From the NCBI RefSeq assembly GCF_009914755.1, contig NC_060930.1: DNA of 64,000 bases; one strand, written 5' to 3'. Shown here piece after piece: positions 1 to 24,563 of this stretch (position 1 is the first letter of the stretch; each line of letters opens with the position of its first letter). The DNA is from the human T2T-CHM13v2.0 reference genome, Homo sapiens. Below the pieces are notes generated by a model. That model saw only the letters and a program-made list of their open reading frames with translations, had not been told where the DNA came from and ran no database searches. Position numbers and translations under genes: made by a program.

Positions 1-560
1 CCGGTACAGAGAGCTGCGCAGCGTGACCGAGCGGCCCTGGGGGTCCCCGCCGCCAGGGGGCGCCCGGCCCCGGTAGCCGACGAGACAGTAGAGGTAATAG
101 AGGCCGTCCTGCGGGAGCGCCAGCCCCTCGGCGTCCGAGAACTGCGTCCCGCTCGTCAGAAACGCCTGTTCCTTCGTCGTCTCCCAGCCTAGCCCCTGCC
201 CCTTCAGCGGAGCGCCTGCGGAGACACGGGCCGACGCGCTCTTGGGAATGCGATCCTAAAGGCTTGGGACTTCTGGGGAAGTGGCGGCTTTTAGCCCCTG
301 CGGGAGCCGAGCCGGGCCGGGGGAGGAGGGATGGTGCTGTTTCTGGGATGAGTGCGAGTTGGGGGCCGAGGGAACACGGATGTGGGGTGCAGAACGCTGT
401 AGTGGGGACCTCCAGGCCGGCTTTTGCTTGCACCGGAGGGAAGAAGAAACTACACTGCGGGGACGAGCGTAAGAGTGGGCACGAGCGACAAAAGGTCGTG
501 AAGCGGGTGGGAAACCGAGCACTGGAATCATGGAGCCGAAGGACTCTGGGCGAGCAGAAC
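1..560. other. Intragenic CpG-rich island over LTB exon 4 and intron 3
   Basis: Very GC-rich with dense CpG dinucleotides compared with the flanks; boundaries approximate. Confidence 0.7.
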
Positions 561-1469
561 TGGAACCTTCGGATTATTTACACTCTTATTCAGGTCTTGG
601 AGGTCCTTACCTATGAGGTGGGCAGCTGGGAGCCCGGGGCTGAGATCTGTTTCTGGCTCCTCCTCTGGCAGCTTCTGAAACCCTGGAAGGGGCAAAGAGT
701 CCACGATTGGGGGCAGGGCAGCCACCCATGCAGGCTACCCTTGAGAGAACAGGGCGCAGGGATGGGGAGCCTGGATTCCTAGAGGAAGAGGTATCTGGGG
801 ACGCAGCAGGGAGCTGGGAGCCCCTGAGGGTCTGAAGCGGGGAAGGAGAGACAGTCTGCTCTTACCCAGTCCTTGCTGGGCCTGTGCCCCGGGGTCGGCC
901 GTCTCCGTTACCTGGTTGGGTGGGGTCACAGTGCCCAGAGTTCAGATTCAGCTCATGTCACCCCTACCCCTCTGAAAGTGGACCCAAGCTGCAGGCCTGG
1001 GGTTTCTCCTACCAGCACCATCCCCAACACACACCTCCTTAGAAGGGAGAACAAGCAAGGCATAGGTACTTGGGCGGAGAAACAGATGTACCTCGGGAAG
1101 AGGAGAGGAGACACAAGGGGCTTATGTCGGGACACAAGCACAACATCACAGGAACATGGAAAGAGAGTCAGCAAAGAGACAAGACATCCCCACCAGGGAC
1201 AGCCGAGCCAGCTGAGCCAGAGGGGGCAAAAGACCACAGGCACAACCAGAGGGAGCCAAGCATCCGCAAGATACAACTCTCCACCAGGGCCTGTTGCAGC
1301 CACTCACCAGTCCTCCCTGATCCTGGGGCACTAAGGCCAGCACAGCCAGGACAGTGATAGGCACCGCCAGCAACAAGGTCACCAGAGAAGTGGCTCCTGC
1401 CACAGCTAGCAGGAGGGAACCCCTCCCCTGGAGCCTCCCACCCCTGCCCTCCAGCCCCAGTGCCCCCAT
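1..1469 (-). CDS. LTB: Lymphotoxin-beta (TNF-family type II membrane protein), partial: 3' end lies outside the window
   Basis: Exons: 1469-1308 (MGALGLEGRGG...QDQGGL, 162 nt, with TM segment), 911-866 (46 nt, VTETADPGAQAQQGLG), 682-611 (72 nt, FQKLPEEEPETDLSPGLPAAHLIG), 215-1 (APLKGQGLGWETTKEQAFL...GLYYLYCLVGYRG..., TNF homology domain). All junctions are GT-AG and in phase. Confidence 0.99.
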
Positions 1470-1498
1470 TGAGACTGAACCAGAGCCAGAGCAGGGGG

Positions 1499-1597
1499 CT
1501 TTCATACCTCAGGGACGGGCCCACCCCCTCCCTGTAGACCTGCACACCTGGCTGGGACTTTCCGCACACCCCTGCTCCCCTCACCCAGCTTCCTGTT
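1499..1597 (-). promoter_or_regulatory. LTB proximal promoter with NF-kB and Ets sites
   Basis: Perfect kB site GGGACTTTCC at 1554-1563; Ets core ACAGGAAG (minus) at 1589-1596; TATA-like TATGAAAG (minus) at 1499-1506, ~30 bp upstream of the ATG region. Confidence 0.85.
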
Positions 1598-2291
1598 TAC
1601 CCAGAGCTGGGGTGGGGCAGCTGGATGCCTGGGTTCTCTGAACTGGGGAAGAAGTTGAGGTTAGGGAGACAGGCTCTCAGGGTGGAACCAAAGGGGTCTT
1701 TAGACATCTTCTGGCTCAGCAGAGAGAGAAACTGAGGCCCAGGGAGGGAAGGTAGCTTGCAGGAAGCCAGTCAGCAGAGCTGAAATGAGAACACAGATCT
1801 CCAGGTTTCCAATGTGGTTTGCATTCTTCTATACCCTCAAGGTAGGTGCTGGAGGAAGAGCTGATCCCGTCTCTGAGGTCAAGGGCCGGACTAGGACAAG
1901 GACTGGAATCTTGAGGGATGGATGTCTGGGTTCCCTGAGAAGAACTGATTCCCATACTGGGCTGACCTCCTCCCGTTCCCTTGCTCATCTCCAGCCCCCT
2001 GTGCTGAGTGAGAAAGGGAGAGGTAAGCCTTAGCCTCACCACTGACTACTGACTCACTAAGGAGGGATGGAAATGGAGCTTTACCTCCCTTGCTACAAAA
2101 AGTAAAGACAGATGGACGAGGCATACTCCCACCCTCAGAGAGCTTCCAAGTCTACAATGAGCCCTATCCATTAGTAGGTGCTTACTAAATGTTTATACAT
2201 AAATGAATAAAAGGACAAATAAATGCAGGAATAACCAAAACAAAGCAGCAAGGACCACATGAATGGTAGATGTAGGCAGCATGAGTGGTTA

Positions 2292-4330
<2,039 letters not shown>

Positions 4331-5199
4331 TGTTAATAGTAGCATCTAGGTGGTAAGAATATGTTCACTGTACAATTATTCTCATTTCACCCTATGTTTG
4401 CACTTTTTAATAATAAAATGTAAAAAAAAACAAAACAAACAAAAAACCCTGAATATTATTCAGCATGGGGAACATGGAGGATGGGGAGAAGGGTGGGGGA
4501 GGAAGTAGAAGGTTCTTGAATTTGGAAGGGGAAACGCAAATTAATATGGACCCACCCAGGCACCACATCTCCTCCTCACCCCTTGCCTTACAGGCGCTCC
4601 CCAGTCTTCACCCTCCTCAAGGAGTGGGTGTGCAATCCTCCAGCACCCATCTCCTTCTCCATCACAGTGCCACTAAGAAGCCTTCACCCAGGTCTCTCCA
4701 GAGAGCCTCAGGCCGCTGCCTTTACTTAGTTCTGTGTTCAGTGCCAGAATGCTGCCTCCTACAGGAAGTCCACCTGTATTGCCCACACCTCCTTTCCTGT
4801 CACCAACTTGTCACCAACTTTCTGTCCTTGATCTATCCACAGGGCTCATGTAGATCTAGTATGGCTGCCTTTAACTCTCATGTTTGTTAATCAGACAGCC
4901 AAGCAGCCTGCTGCATAGAGCTGCAGAACACCAAGTGGGTCACCAGAACACCAAATATGCCAGAGCTCCCAGTCTGAACTGGAGCAGGGTACATGTGTCC
5001 ACAGACATATGCCAAGATCAAGAGGTCTCAACAGATGCAGTGTAAGAGGTAATAGAGAAGAGTTAATCAAGGAAGACACCTGAAGGTGGTGGGTGTTTGC
5101 TGACTAGTGGCAGGATCAGTGAAATGACTGGAGCTGAGGCAGATTATGGCCCTAGCTACAGGCCCAGAAGTTTGAAAAGAAAGATGTTGTAACCCTAAC

Positions 5200-6249
5200 C
5201 CTGGAGCCGAACTTCCTCTCCTAACAATGCTGGGGAGGAACCCAGGCTGGGGGAGAAGTTAAAGCCAGAGGAGGGGCAGGAATGTCTGAGGTGGCAACAC
5301 TTCTCTTCAGCCAGACAGCACTGGCCAGTTTGGAGTCTGTCCATCCTGCAGGCCACAAGCTCTGGGTAAGCTGGGAATGGGCAGGGACCTTGGTGGAAGG
5401 ATGGTCACACCCCAGAGTGGGGTGAAGCTAAGATGAGGGGAGGGAGAGTATGGGTTTGAGTTTCCCTGGGCCGTCGAGGAATCCTCTGAGTCTCTGCTCC
5501 CCAAAGAAATTAAAGACAATTCATTTCTGTGCCCACGGCCCTTATGGCCTCCACCTGCACTTCTGCTCCCCACCCCCCAGAATTCCTCTTAAACCCAGAA
5601 GGGTCCCAGTTTCCAGACCCTAGTCAGTATATCTGGCTCTGGGGTGAAGAGAACGGCCCCCTCTTCACCCTCAAACAGGAACCAGTGGTTGGAGGGGAGG
5701 AAGTGCCTGAGGGGAAGTTATGGGGCCCCAGATACTCCTCCATGCCCCACTTCAGCCCTAGCAGCATCTGCCTGTGGGAAGCAGCTCTCCACACCAGCCA
5801 AGGGGGCCCCCACACTCCCGCGCTGCTCTGCGGCTCAGGGAGCAGCCCACCTGCTGGGTGTGCTGATATCACCCTCCCTTCTTCCCCCCAGTGCCCACAC
5901 CCACCCAGGCCCAGGCTCCTTCCCCTCCATCATCCCCTTACCAGCACCTAGAACCATCCAGGGCTGAAAAGTCCCCTCCAAACCACGTGGTCAGCCCAGG
6001 GCAGAGGAAAGGGCTGGGCTCTGGAGTTGGGCAGAGCTGGCCTTAAACCCCAGCTCCACCTTTCTGGGATGGGTGACCTAGTAAAGTCCAGGCTTGAATC
6101 TCGGGTCTTTACTTGGGCAACGGGCACCATGATACCCTATGTTCTGGGGATTAGCAGTGAGGAATGGAAAGTGCCCAGCTCAGGGTTGGCACATAAGGGA
6201 GGCTCCCCAGCCTGGGAACGATTATAACAGAGGGCCCCTCACTTCACAG
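5200..6249 (+). promoter_or_regulatory. LST1 upstream region with alternative non-coding first exons and PU.1/Ets motifs
   Basis: Donor TGG|GTAAGC at 5365/5366; PU.1-type cores ACTTCCTCT (~5211) and GAGGAAGTG (~5697). Multiple 5' non-coding exons are established for LST1, but their exact bounds cannot be fixed from sequence. Confidence 0.55.
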
Positions 6250-6349
6250 ATGAGGAACTTGAGGCAAGTCACCAGCCCCTGATCATTTCGCCTAAAAGAG
6301 CAAGGACTAGAGTTCCTGACCTCCAGGCCAGTCCCTGATCCCTGACCTA

Positions 6350-7415
6350 ATGTTATCGCGGAATGATGGTAAGTAAAGTGTCTCTTGCATCTGCATAGAG
6401 AGGGTCCTGGGAGCTTAGGAAGTGATGGGGAACAGTGATGTATGCAGCTCATGACTAGGTGGACAGGCCTCTGGGGACAGCTGGTACAGGAGGGAAAGGG
6501 ACCTCACGGGAGGCCCAGAAACCTGGTAAGAGGTGAGGTATTAAGGTCTGGGATGGAGAAGCTCTGAGGGTATATTTTTCTGCCTCTAAAACTGTTGGAG
6601 AGGGAATCTGAGAAAGCTGCAACCAACCAGGAGGCTGGGGTACGCTGGAGAAGGAATGGGCTTCCTAACCTTGAGCCCTCTTCCCTGAAGATATATGTAT
6701 CTACGGGGGCCTGGGGCTGGGCGGGCTCCTGCTTCTGGCAGTGGTCCTTCTGTCCGCCTGCCTGTGTTGGCTGCATCGAAGAGGTGAGCGCTGCACTCCC
6801 TCCCTCCCCCTGCAGCAGTGCCCCCTGTGCCCCCACCCCCACACGCTTTCCCACTGCTTTCCCAGAACACTGCCTGGCCCTGGAGCCACTGGGAAGCCAA
6901 CAGGGGAGTCCACGCCTGCTGGTGGGGGGGGCCCGGGAGGGCCCGGGAGAAGCACAAAGGGTGGGCTGTGTTGAGCTTCTTCTTTTCTTCCAGTAAAGAG
7001 GCTGGAGAGGAGCTGGGTGAGTCTGGGGACAGGGAAGGGGGAGGGCAAGAGAGATCCTGAGTGGGTGAGTGGGGAGAAGCATGGCTGAGCGCTGAGAGGA
7101 GGGTTGGGGACGGGAGACAAGGAGAGAGAAAGTAGGAGCATGAGAGAGGCAGAGAAAATCGAGGCAAAAGAGAAAGAGAAAATGAGACAGAAACCAAGAG
7201 AAAAAGTGAGACAGAGGATAGGAGAGACAGGGAGAAAATGAGAGTGAGAGAGACACAAAGAGAAGAGCAATGAAAGAGAGAGAGAGAGGCTCCAGAACCA
7301 GGCACAGTGGCTCACGTCTGTCATTCCAGCTATCGCAAGGCTGAGGCAGGAAGATAGCTTGAGCTCAGGGGTTGAAGACAATCCTGGACAACATAGTGGG
7401 ACTCTGTCTCCAAAG

Positions 7416-7461
<46 letters not shown>

Positions 7462-7724
7462 GAGAGAGAGGGAGAGAAGTAAGAAAGGCTGGAGGTGGGA
7501 GCAGAACTCACAGGGAAGGATCTGACGGCATCGCCTCCCATCAGCACCTTCTGTCCTGGTCCCAGGCCCAGGGCTCCTCAGAGCAGGAACTCCACTATGC
7601 ATCTCTGCAGAGGCTGCCAGTGCCCAGCAGTGAGGGACCTGACCTCAGGGGCAGAGACAAGAGAGGCACCAAGGAGGATCCAAGAGCTGACTATGCCTGC
7701 ATTGCTGAGAACAAACCCACCTGA
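6350..7724 (+). CDS. LST1: Leukocyte-specific transcript 1 (LST1/A, 97-aa palmitoylated transmembrane adaptor with two ITIM-like motifs)
   Basis: Exons 6350-6368 (MLSRND), 6691-6783 (TM segment [23 protein letters not shown]), 6994-7016 (23 nt), 7566-7724 (LHYASL...ADYACI...NKPT*). Total 294 nt = 97 aa + stop. Alternative acceptor at 7545 adds HLLSWSQ. Confidence 0.97.
7130..7290. repeat. Imperfect GA-rich tract in LST1 intron 4 (TNFe microsatellite region)
   Basis: Purine-rich GA/GAGA array. Flanks TGAGACAGAGGATAGGAGAGACAG and GAGAGGCTCCAGAACCAGGCAC match the TNFe typing primers as I recall them. Confidence 0.7.
7298..7420 (+). mobile_element. Alu monomer (FLAM-like) in LST1 intron 4
   Basis: CCAGGCACAGTGGCTCACGTCTGTCATTCCAGC...CTCTGTCTC, whose tail has become the GA repeat. 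Confidence 0.8.
7421..7477. repeat. (GA)n microsatellite with GG interruptions (TNFd marker)
   Basis: (AG)15 GG (AG)9 GG... seen directly. Flanks CATAGTGGGACTCTGTCTCCAAAG (7392) and AGCAGAACTCACAGGGAAGGATCT (to 7523) match recalled TNFd primers. Confidence 0.85.
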
Positions 7725-7923
7725 GCACCCCAGACACCTTCCTCAACCCAGGCGGGTGGACAGGGTCCCCCTGTGGTCCAGCCAGTAAAAACCATGGTCC
7801 CCCCACTTCTGTGTCTCAGTCCTCTCAGTCCATCTCGAGCCTCCGTTCAAAATGATCATCATCAAAACTTATGTGGCTTTTTGACCTTTGAATAGGGAAT
7901 TTTTTAAATTTTTTAAAAATTAA

Positions 7924-7929
7924 AATAAA
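7924..7929 (+). terminator. LST1 polyadenylation signal
   Basis: AATAAA ~200 nt after the LST1 stop codon. Confidence 0.8.
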
Positions 7930-7976
7930 AAAAACACATGGCTCACCCTTCCACCCACTCTGGGGTCAAATAGTAA

Positions 7977-7982
7977 TTTATT
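7977..7982 (-). terminator. NCR3 distal polyadenylation signal (NKp30a/b)
   Basis: TTTATT on plus = AATAAA on minus, ~130 nt past the NKp30a stop. Confidence 0.8.
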
Positions 7983-8114
7983 GGGTGAATGACAGTGTTC
8001 AGGGACCCAAGCTCCCCTAACAGCCAGAAGAGGGTATGTGTGGGCCTGGCAGGAAAGGGCAGTTGCCAAGGAGGAGTCATATCTGATCCTTCCCATTTCT
8101 CAGGACAATCAGGC

Positions 8115-11769
<3,655 letters not shown>

Positions 11770-12337
11770 GTCGGAAGATGTCCCAGTTGGCGAAGGGGAT
11801 CTGAGCAGTGAGGTCTGGGTGGAGGAGGAAGGACTCACTACTTGTAGCCAGGCCTTTGGTCACCAGATGGGGATGGGGAGCTTCCTATGACACACGGGAC
11901 TCACACATCACTTGCCAAGGACCACAACTGCCAGGGACCTCGAGCATCAAATGCTTGCCTCCCTGAGGAGAGGGGACAGATGCTGCTGGAGGAGATGTCA
12001 GGGTCTCTAGGAGGCCAAGGGGCCAGCTTGTGGCAGGCTAGCTAAGCGTGTGAGGGGGAGGGTGGGGCTTAGATGGCTGCTAACCCAAGGGTGAGTGGGC
12101 GGTTGGGCGGGTGAGACCAGGATGTGGGTTCCCCCACCTTCCGAGGTTCAAGGAGACCAGCTTTTACCCAGAACAAGCCTCCAGGAGCCCTCCTTGGCCC
12201 AGAAGCTAACCTACTTACCCTCCCTGCTGCTCACCAGTACCCAGACCCATCCCACCCATTCCCTTCCTGGAATCTGGCCTCACTGCACCCCAGGGCTACT
12301 CCAAGATTTCTATGAGGGATTAGGAGAAGCAAGCTGA

Positions 12338-12728
<391 letters not shown>

Positions 12729-13000
12729 TGAGACAGGGTCTGGCTCTGTCTCACCCAGGCTGGAGTTCAGTGGCGCCATCACGGCTCACTGCAGCCTCAA
12801 CCTCCAGGGCTCAGTTGATCCTCCCACTTCAGTCTCCTGAGTAGCTGGGACTGCAGGCGCACACCACCACACCAGGCTAATTTTTGTATTTTTTGTAGAG
12901 ATGGGATCTCCCTGTGTTGCCCAGGCCGGTATCCAACTCCTGGGCTCAAACAATCCATCCACTTAGGCCTCCCAAAGTGCATGAGTCACCATGCCTGGCG

Positions 13001-16087
<3,087 letters not shown>

Positions 16088-16251
16088 TTACAGGGATTGG
16101 TACAAGAGTATGCCAGACACTCTTGTATGTGTATCACACAGCTACAGGAGATAATACAGCACATAGAAGTGAAGGATGACATGTAATATGCCATGTGTCC
16201 ACCCCTTACCGCATGCCCCCTTCTGGCTCCTTTTACTATTACATTTTTTAG

Positions 16252-16719
<468 letters not shown>

Positions 16720-16799
16720 TGATCCGCCCGCCTTGGCCTCCCAAAGTGCTGGGATTACAGGCGTGAGCCACCGCGCCCAGCCTGGCTCATTTTATATGA

Positions 16800-17106
<307 letters not shown>

Positions 17107-18005
17107 TGACCTAATATATGTTTTTTCCTTTGTATCTGTGTTTCTAGCTCTGTGTCACAGTACTTTTGTAGACTGTCCAGTTCCCACCCATCACTGAAGT
17201 AATTCAGAGCTTTCTTTTGGAGAAGCAGTCATCTCATGGTTAAGAATGCTGGTTTGGAATGAGTCTAGGTTCAAATGTCAGCTCCCCCGCAATCCCCACA
17301 ATTATGTTATACAACCTTTTTTTTTTTTGAGACAGGGTCTCACTCTGTCAACCATTCTGGAGTGCAGCGGTGTGATCATATGATCATAGCTCCCCGTGGC
17401 CTTGAACTTTGAACTCCTGAGCTCAAGTGACCCTCCCACGTCAGCCTCCAGAGTATTTGGGACTACAGACACACATCATCACGTTTGGCTCACTTATTTT
17501 TATTTTTTGTACAGACAGAGTCTCACCGTGTTGCCCAGGCTGATCTAAAACTCCTGGCCTAAAGCAATCCTCCCACTTCGGCCTCCCAAAGTGCTGGGAT
17601 TACAGGTGTGAGCCACTGTGCCCAGTCTAATCTTGAACAAATTATTTTACCTCCCTAAGCTACCGGAACAACCACACATGCCACACAACCTGGGAAGGAC
17701 CAACTCAGCCATTCTCCAGCAGCGAAGTGGCTGCCACCCCAGGGATATCTAACTAGAGGATGTGGGATGGAGGCGTCATGGCAAGGCAAGGCCTGCCCCC
17801 TGGTGGTCAGAGAGCATGGGAGGCCCGAGCTACCAATGGTGGCTTTTCTCAACTGGGCCTTGATTCCAGCTTCTGCCCGATCCCCTACCTTGCTTGCCTC
17901 CTTCTATCAACACCCCATTCACACCCCAAAGGATCAATATAGGAAAAATTGTCTCTACTATCTCAGCTGTAAGAAGCCCACGGTTTGGGGAGGGAGAAGA
18001 GGTCA

Positions 18006-18386
<381 letters not shown>

Positions 18387-18772
18387 TCACATGGTTCTAC
18401 TCCACGTCCCAAGGCAATGTGGCTTAGAAGACAAATCAGCCTAGGTTGGAGTCCTGGTGCCACTACTGTAAACTGGGGGTACCACCTGTAAACTTCCAGA
18501 CCCCATTGCCCTAGGTGTTCAATGTGTGGTTCTTCTCCAGTGCTTCCCCCGTCCTGTGCAAGGGTGGCAGTGCCATTGCTACACCTGGACTCAAGGGCAT
18601 CCTGCTCTCCCAGCTCTTTTCTATATCTAAGACTTCTAAACATTTGTCATAGCTAAAAATGTTCCAGATTCCAAAGACAGTATGTGGGTTTTTTTTTTCA
18701 GTCCATCTAGAATAAATCCTGATATGTGTGTACATTCAAGGGACCCCTTTTAATAACTCTGAGAACCTCTAG

Positions 18773-19060
<288 letters not shown>

Positions 19061-19071
19061 TGAACTCCTGA

Positions 19072-19437
<366 letters not shown>

Positions 19438-19979
19438 TAGAGACAGGGTTTCACCATGTTGGCCAGGCTGGTTTTGAACTCCTGACCTCAAGTGATCCAC
19501 CTGCTTCAGCCTCCCAAAGTGCTAGGATTACAGGCGTGAGCCGCCGCACCCAGTCTCTGGTCTGACTTCTTTAACAACAAGCTGTGGGCTGGCTGGATGT
19601 AGTTGAGGCCAATAAACTCCCAACTCAGACCATGAAAACAGGTGAAAACACAAAAGTCCACAATCCAGCACAGGTGATCTCATCTTTCCCCCACCCCCAC
19701 CAGGGTTCCTCTACGTGCTGGCAGGGGTGAGATTGGGTGACTTCTCTGGCCAAGTCTTATCAATATTTTTCAACTAATGAATGGCTCCCAGGTGATGATA
19801 CTTTCAGCTTCTGAGAACAGCTTCTCCTCTGAGGCTCATAGCATCTGACCTCACGACCTTCAATCTCTCCTTGGTGTCGTCCACTCGCCCTCACATTCAT
19901 CAAGAGCCCATCCCTGACTCTGCAGCCTCTTCTCTATTTATTTTTTCTTTCTTTTTTCTTTTTTCTTTTTTTTTTTTGA

Positions 19980-20189
<210 letters not shown>

Positions 20190-20236
20190 TGATCCGCCCA
20201 CCTCGGCCTCCCAAAGTGCTGGGATTATAGGCGTGA

Positions 20237-20555
<319 letters not shown>

Positions 20556-20624
20556 TGATCCACCTGCCTCGGCCTCCCAAAGTGCTGGGATTACAGGCGT
20601 GAGCCACCGTGCCCAGCCATAAAT

Positions 20625-21750
<1,126 letters not shown>

Positions 21751-22011
21751 ATACCCTAAGTGTGCAACTTCACAGTTATTTCACCTTGTCCACTCCAATC
21801 ATCACCTTGACTCTCCATGACCTACATCTCAGATCCTGTCACCATGGAAGCTGTTTCACTTTGAAATCTCACCTCCTCTTTCCCAAGGACATAAAAGCCA
21901 TCCAACCTGAGTCCCCCAGACTCCTGTACCCTAAACGTGTGCTTTTATACCACTGTCCTGTTGGAAAATTTTTGGGTTGTTTCTCCCACTTTTTTTTTTT
22001 TTTTTTTTTGA

Positions 22012-22173
<162 letters not shown>

Positions 22174-24326
22174 TAGAGATGGGGTTTCACCATGTCGGTC
22201 AGGCTGGTCTCGAACTCCTGACCTCAAGTGATCCGCCTGCCTCGGCCTCCCAAAGTGCTGGGATTATAGGCATGAGCTAGCACCCCTGGCCCCACTTTCT
22301 TTTTAAAAAGTGTTATTATATATTTTTTATTATATATATTTTTGAGATGAGATCTCACTATGTTGCCCAGGCTAGTCTCAAAGTCCTGACTCCGGGCTTT
22401 AGGTGTTCCTCCGACCTCAGCCTTTCACGTAGCTGGGATTATAGGCATGCACCTGGCTTCCCACTTTCATTCAATAAATTTTGCGCATCTACCATGGCTT
22501 TCCTAGGCAATCCTGTCATAGCCACAGTTGTCACTACTGCTTATTCTCTGTCAAGTCCCCAATCTACATCTCCCCCTCAGGCCTCTTTCTTGAGACCTAA
22601 GTCCACACTATCTAACTGCTCTCTAGGCGGCTTACCCTGAATACTCCACAGGCATTTCAAAGTCATCAGTGTCCACTCAGACCAGGTCAGCCTCCTGTCA
22701 TCCCTGTCCCAGTGAATGGAAACACAAAGCCCCAGTCACTTAAGGCAAACACCTGGGATTCATCCTACTCTGCCTTCTCCCTCAGTTCCCCCATCCAAAA
22801 GATCTCCAGGCCCTGTCCATTTTGCTTCTGAAAGATCGCAGGTGTCTTTCCCTTGCTCTTCATTCCACTGGTTGCTAAATCCCTCATCAACTCAAGGGGA
22901 AACGAGCAGAGTTGCTTCTCTGATGGGTAGTGTGGTTTCTGCACAGCATCCCCTTCATCCCACCACTGCTGGGCATTGAGGTTCATTCATCTATTCAGCA
23001 TTGCTCTTCACGAGGGCCTTCCATGGGCCAGACACCCTATCTTCATCTCTCTTAATCGCTCTTTTCAGTATCTCTCTCCTTATCTCTCATATTTCCCACA
23101 GCTCTGTCCACAACTCTTTCTGTCTCACCATGTTATTCATATTACTTGTTTCTTCCCCCGTGTCCACTCAAACGCCACATCTCTACACACCCCTACCCCT
23201 CTGCCTCTCTGTCACATGCATACACACTTCTGCTTATTCACTCATTCAACAAATATTCAGCGAGCACCTTCCACGTGAGACATTCTATTTTTTTTCTTTT
23301 TTTTTTTTGCGCTCTCAGCTCACTGTAACCTCCACCTCCCAGGTTCAAATGATTCTCCTGCCCCAGCCTCCAGAGTAGCTGGGATTACAGGCACATGCCA
23401 CCACCCCTGGCTAATTTTTGTATTTTTAGTAGAGATGGGGTTTTGCCATGTTGGCCAGGCTGGTCTTGAACTCCTGGCCTCAAGTGATCCACCTGCCTCA
23501 GCCTCCCAAAGTGCTGGGATTACAGGTGTGAGCTGCCGTGTCTGGTCTGCCTCTCCGTCTTTCTCTCTCTCTGTCTTCCTCCATCTCTCTTCGCATCGCT
23601 TTCTGCCTCCCCATCATTCTCCATGTTTTCCCTTCCCATCTCTCCCCATCTACATACCTTATTCTTTTACTCCATTTCTCTTCCTTCCCCATTTCTCTCT
23701 GGGTGAGAGAATGAAGGAAGGCTAGTGACTAGTCACCTCTTCCCTCTAGGGGCCAGAGTTCAGGCCTGCCTCAGCTCTGCCAGGCTGGTTGGCACTACTC
23801 TTGTTTGCCCTTGGAGTCTCTGCACAAGGATGCTTAAAAAAAAAAGTTTAGGCCAGGCACAGTGGCTACCGCTTGTAATCCCAACACTTTGGGAGGCCGA
23901 GGAGGGTGGATCACGAGGTCAGGAGTTCGAGACCAGCCTGACCAATATGGTGAAACTCCGTCTCTACTAAAAATACAAAAAGTAGCCAGGCGTGGTAGCA
24001 TGCACCTGTAATCCCAGCTACTCAAGAGAAGAATCGCTTGAACCCAGGAGGCAGAGGTTGCAGTGGGCCAAAATCACGCCACTGCACTCCAGTCTGGGCG
24101 ACAGAGTGAGACTCCATCTCAAAAAAAAAAAAAAATTTGTGCAGCAGCGACAGAAAAGTAACCTACAATATTAGAGGAAGACTCACATCTCTCAGAAACT
24201 ATATATTAAGCAGGCAAAAACATTATTAAAGACAACGGGTGCGGTGGCTCATGCCTGTAATCGCAGCACTTTGGGAGGCTGAGGAGGGTGGATCACGAGG
24301 TCAGGAGGTCAAGGCTATCCTGGCTA

Positions 24327-24563
<237 letters not shown>

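Noticed and set aside
264-1357. Plus-strand ORFs antisense to LTB (172, 153 and 95 aa)
   Set aside because: Shadow frames of GC-rich sequence with non-ATG or weak starts; no recognisable protein.
1470-1505. In-frame upstream ATG extending LTB by 12 aa (MKAPCSGSGSVS)
   Set aside because: It lies within the TATA-like element, most likely upstream of the TSS, so it is probably not in the mRNA.
4798-4955. Short direct repeats (TGTCACCAACTT x2; CAGAACACCAA x2)
   Set aside because: Only two copies each, with no array or spacer structure; consistent with local slippage or chance.
6504-7602. Long minus-strand ORFs (250/239/226 aa) over LST1
   Set aside because: Produced by the stop-poor CT-rich complement of the GA repeats (SLSLSL runs); low complexity.
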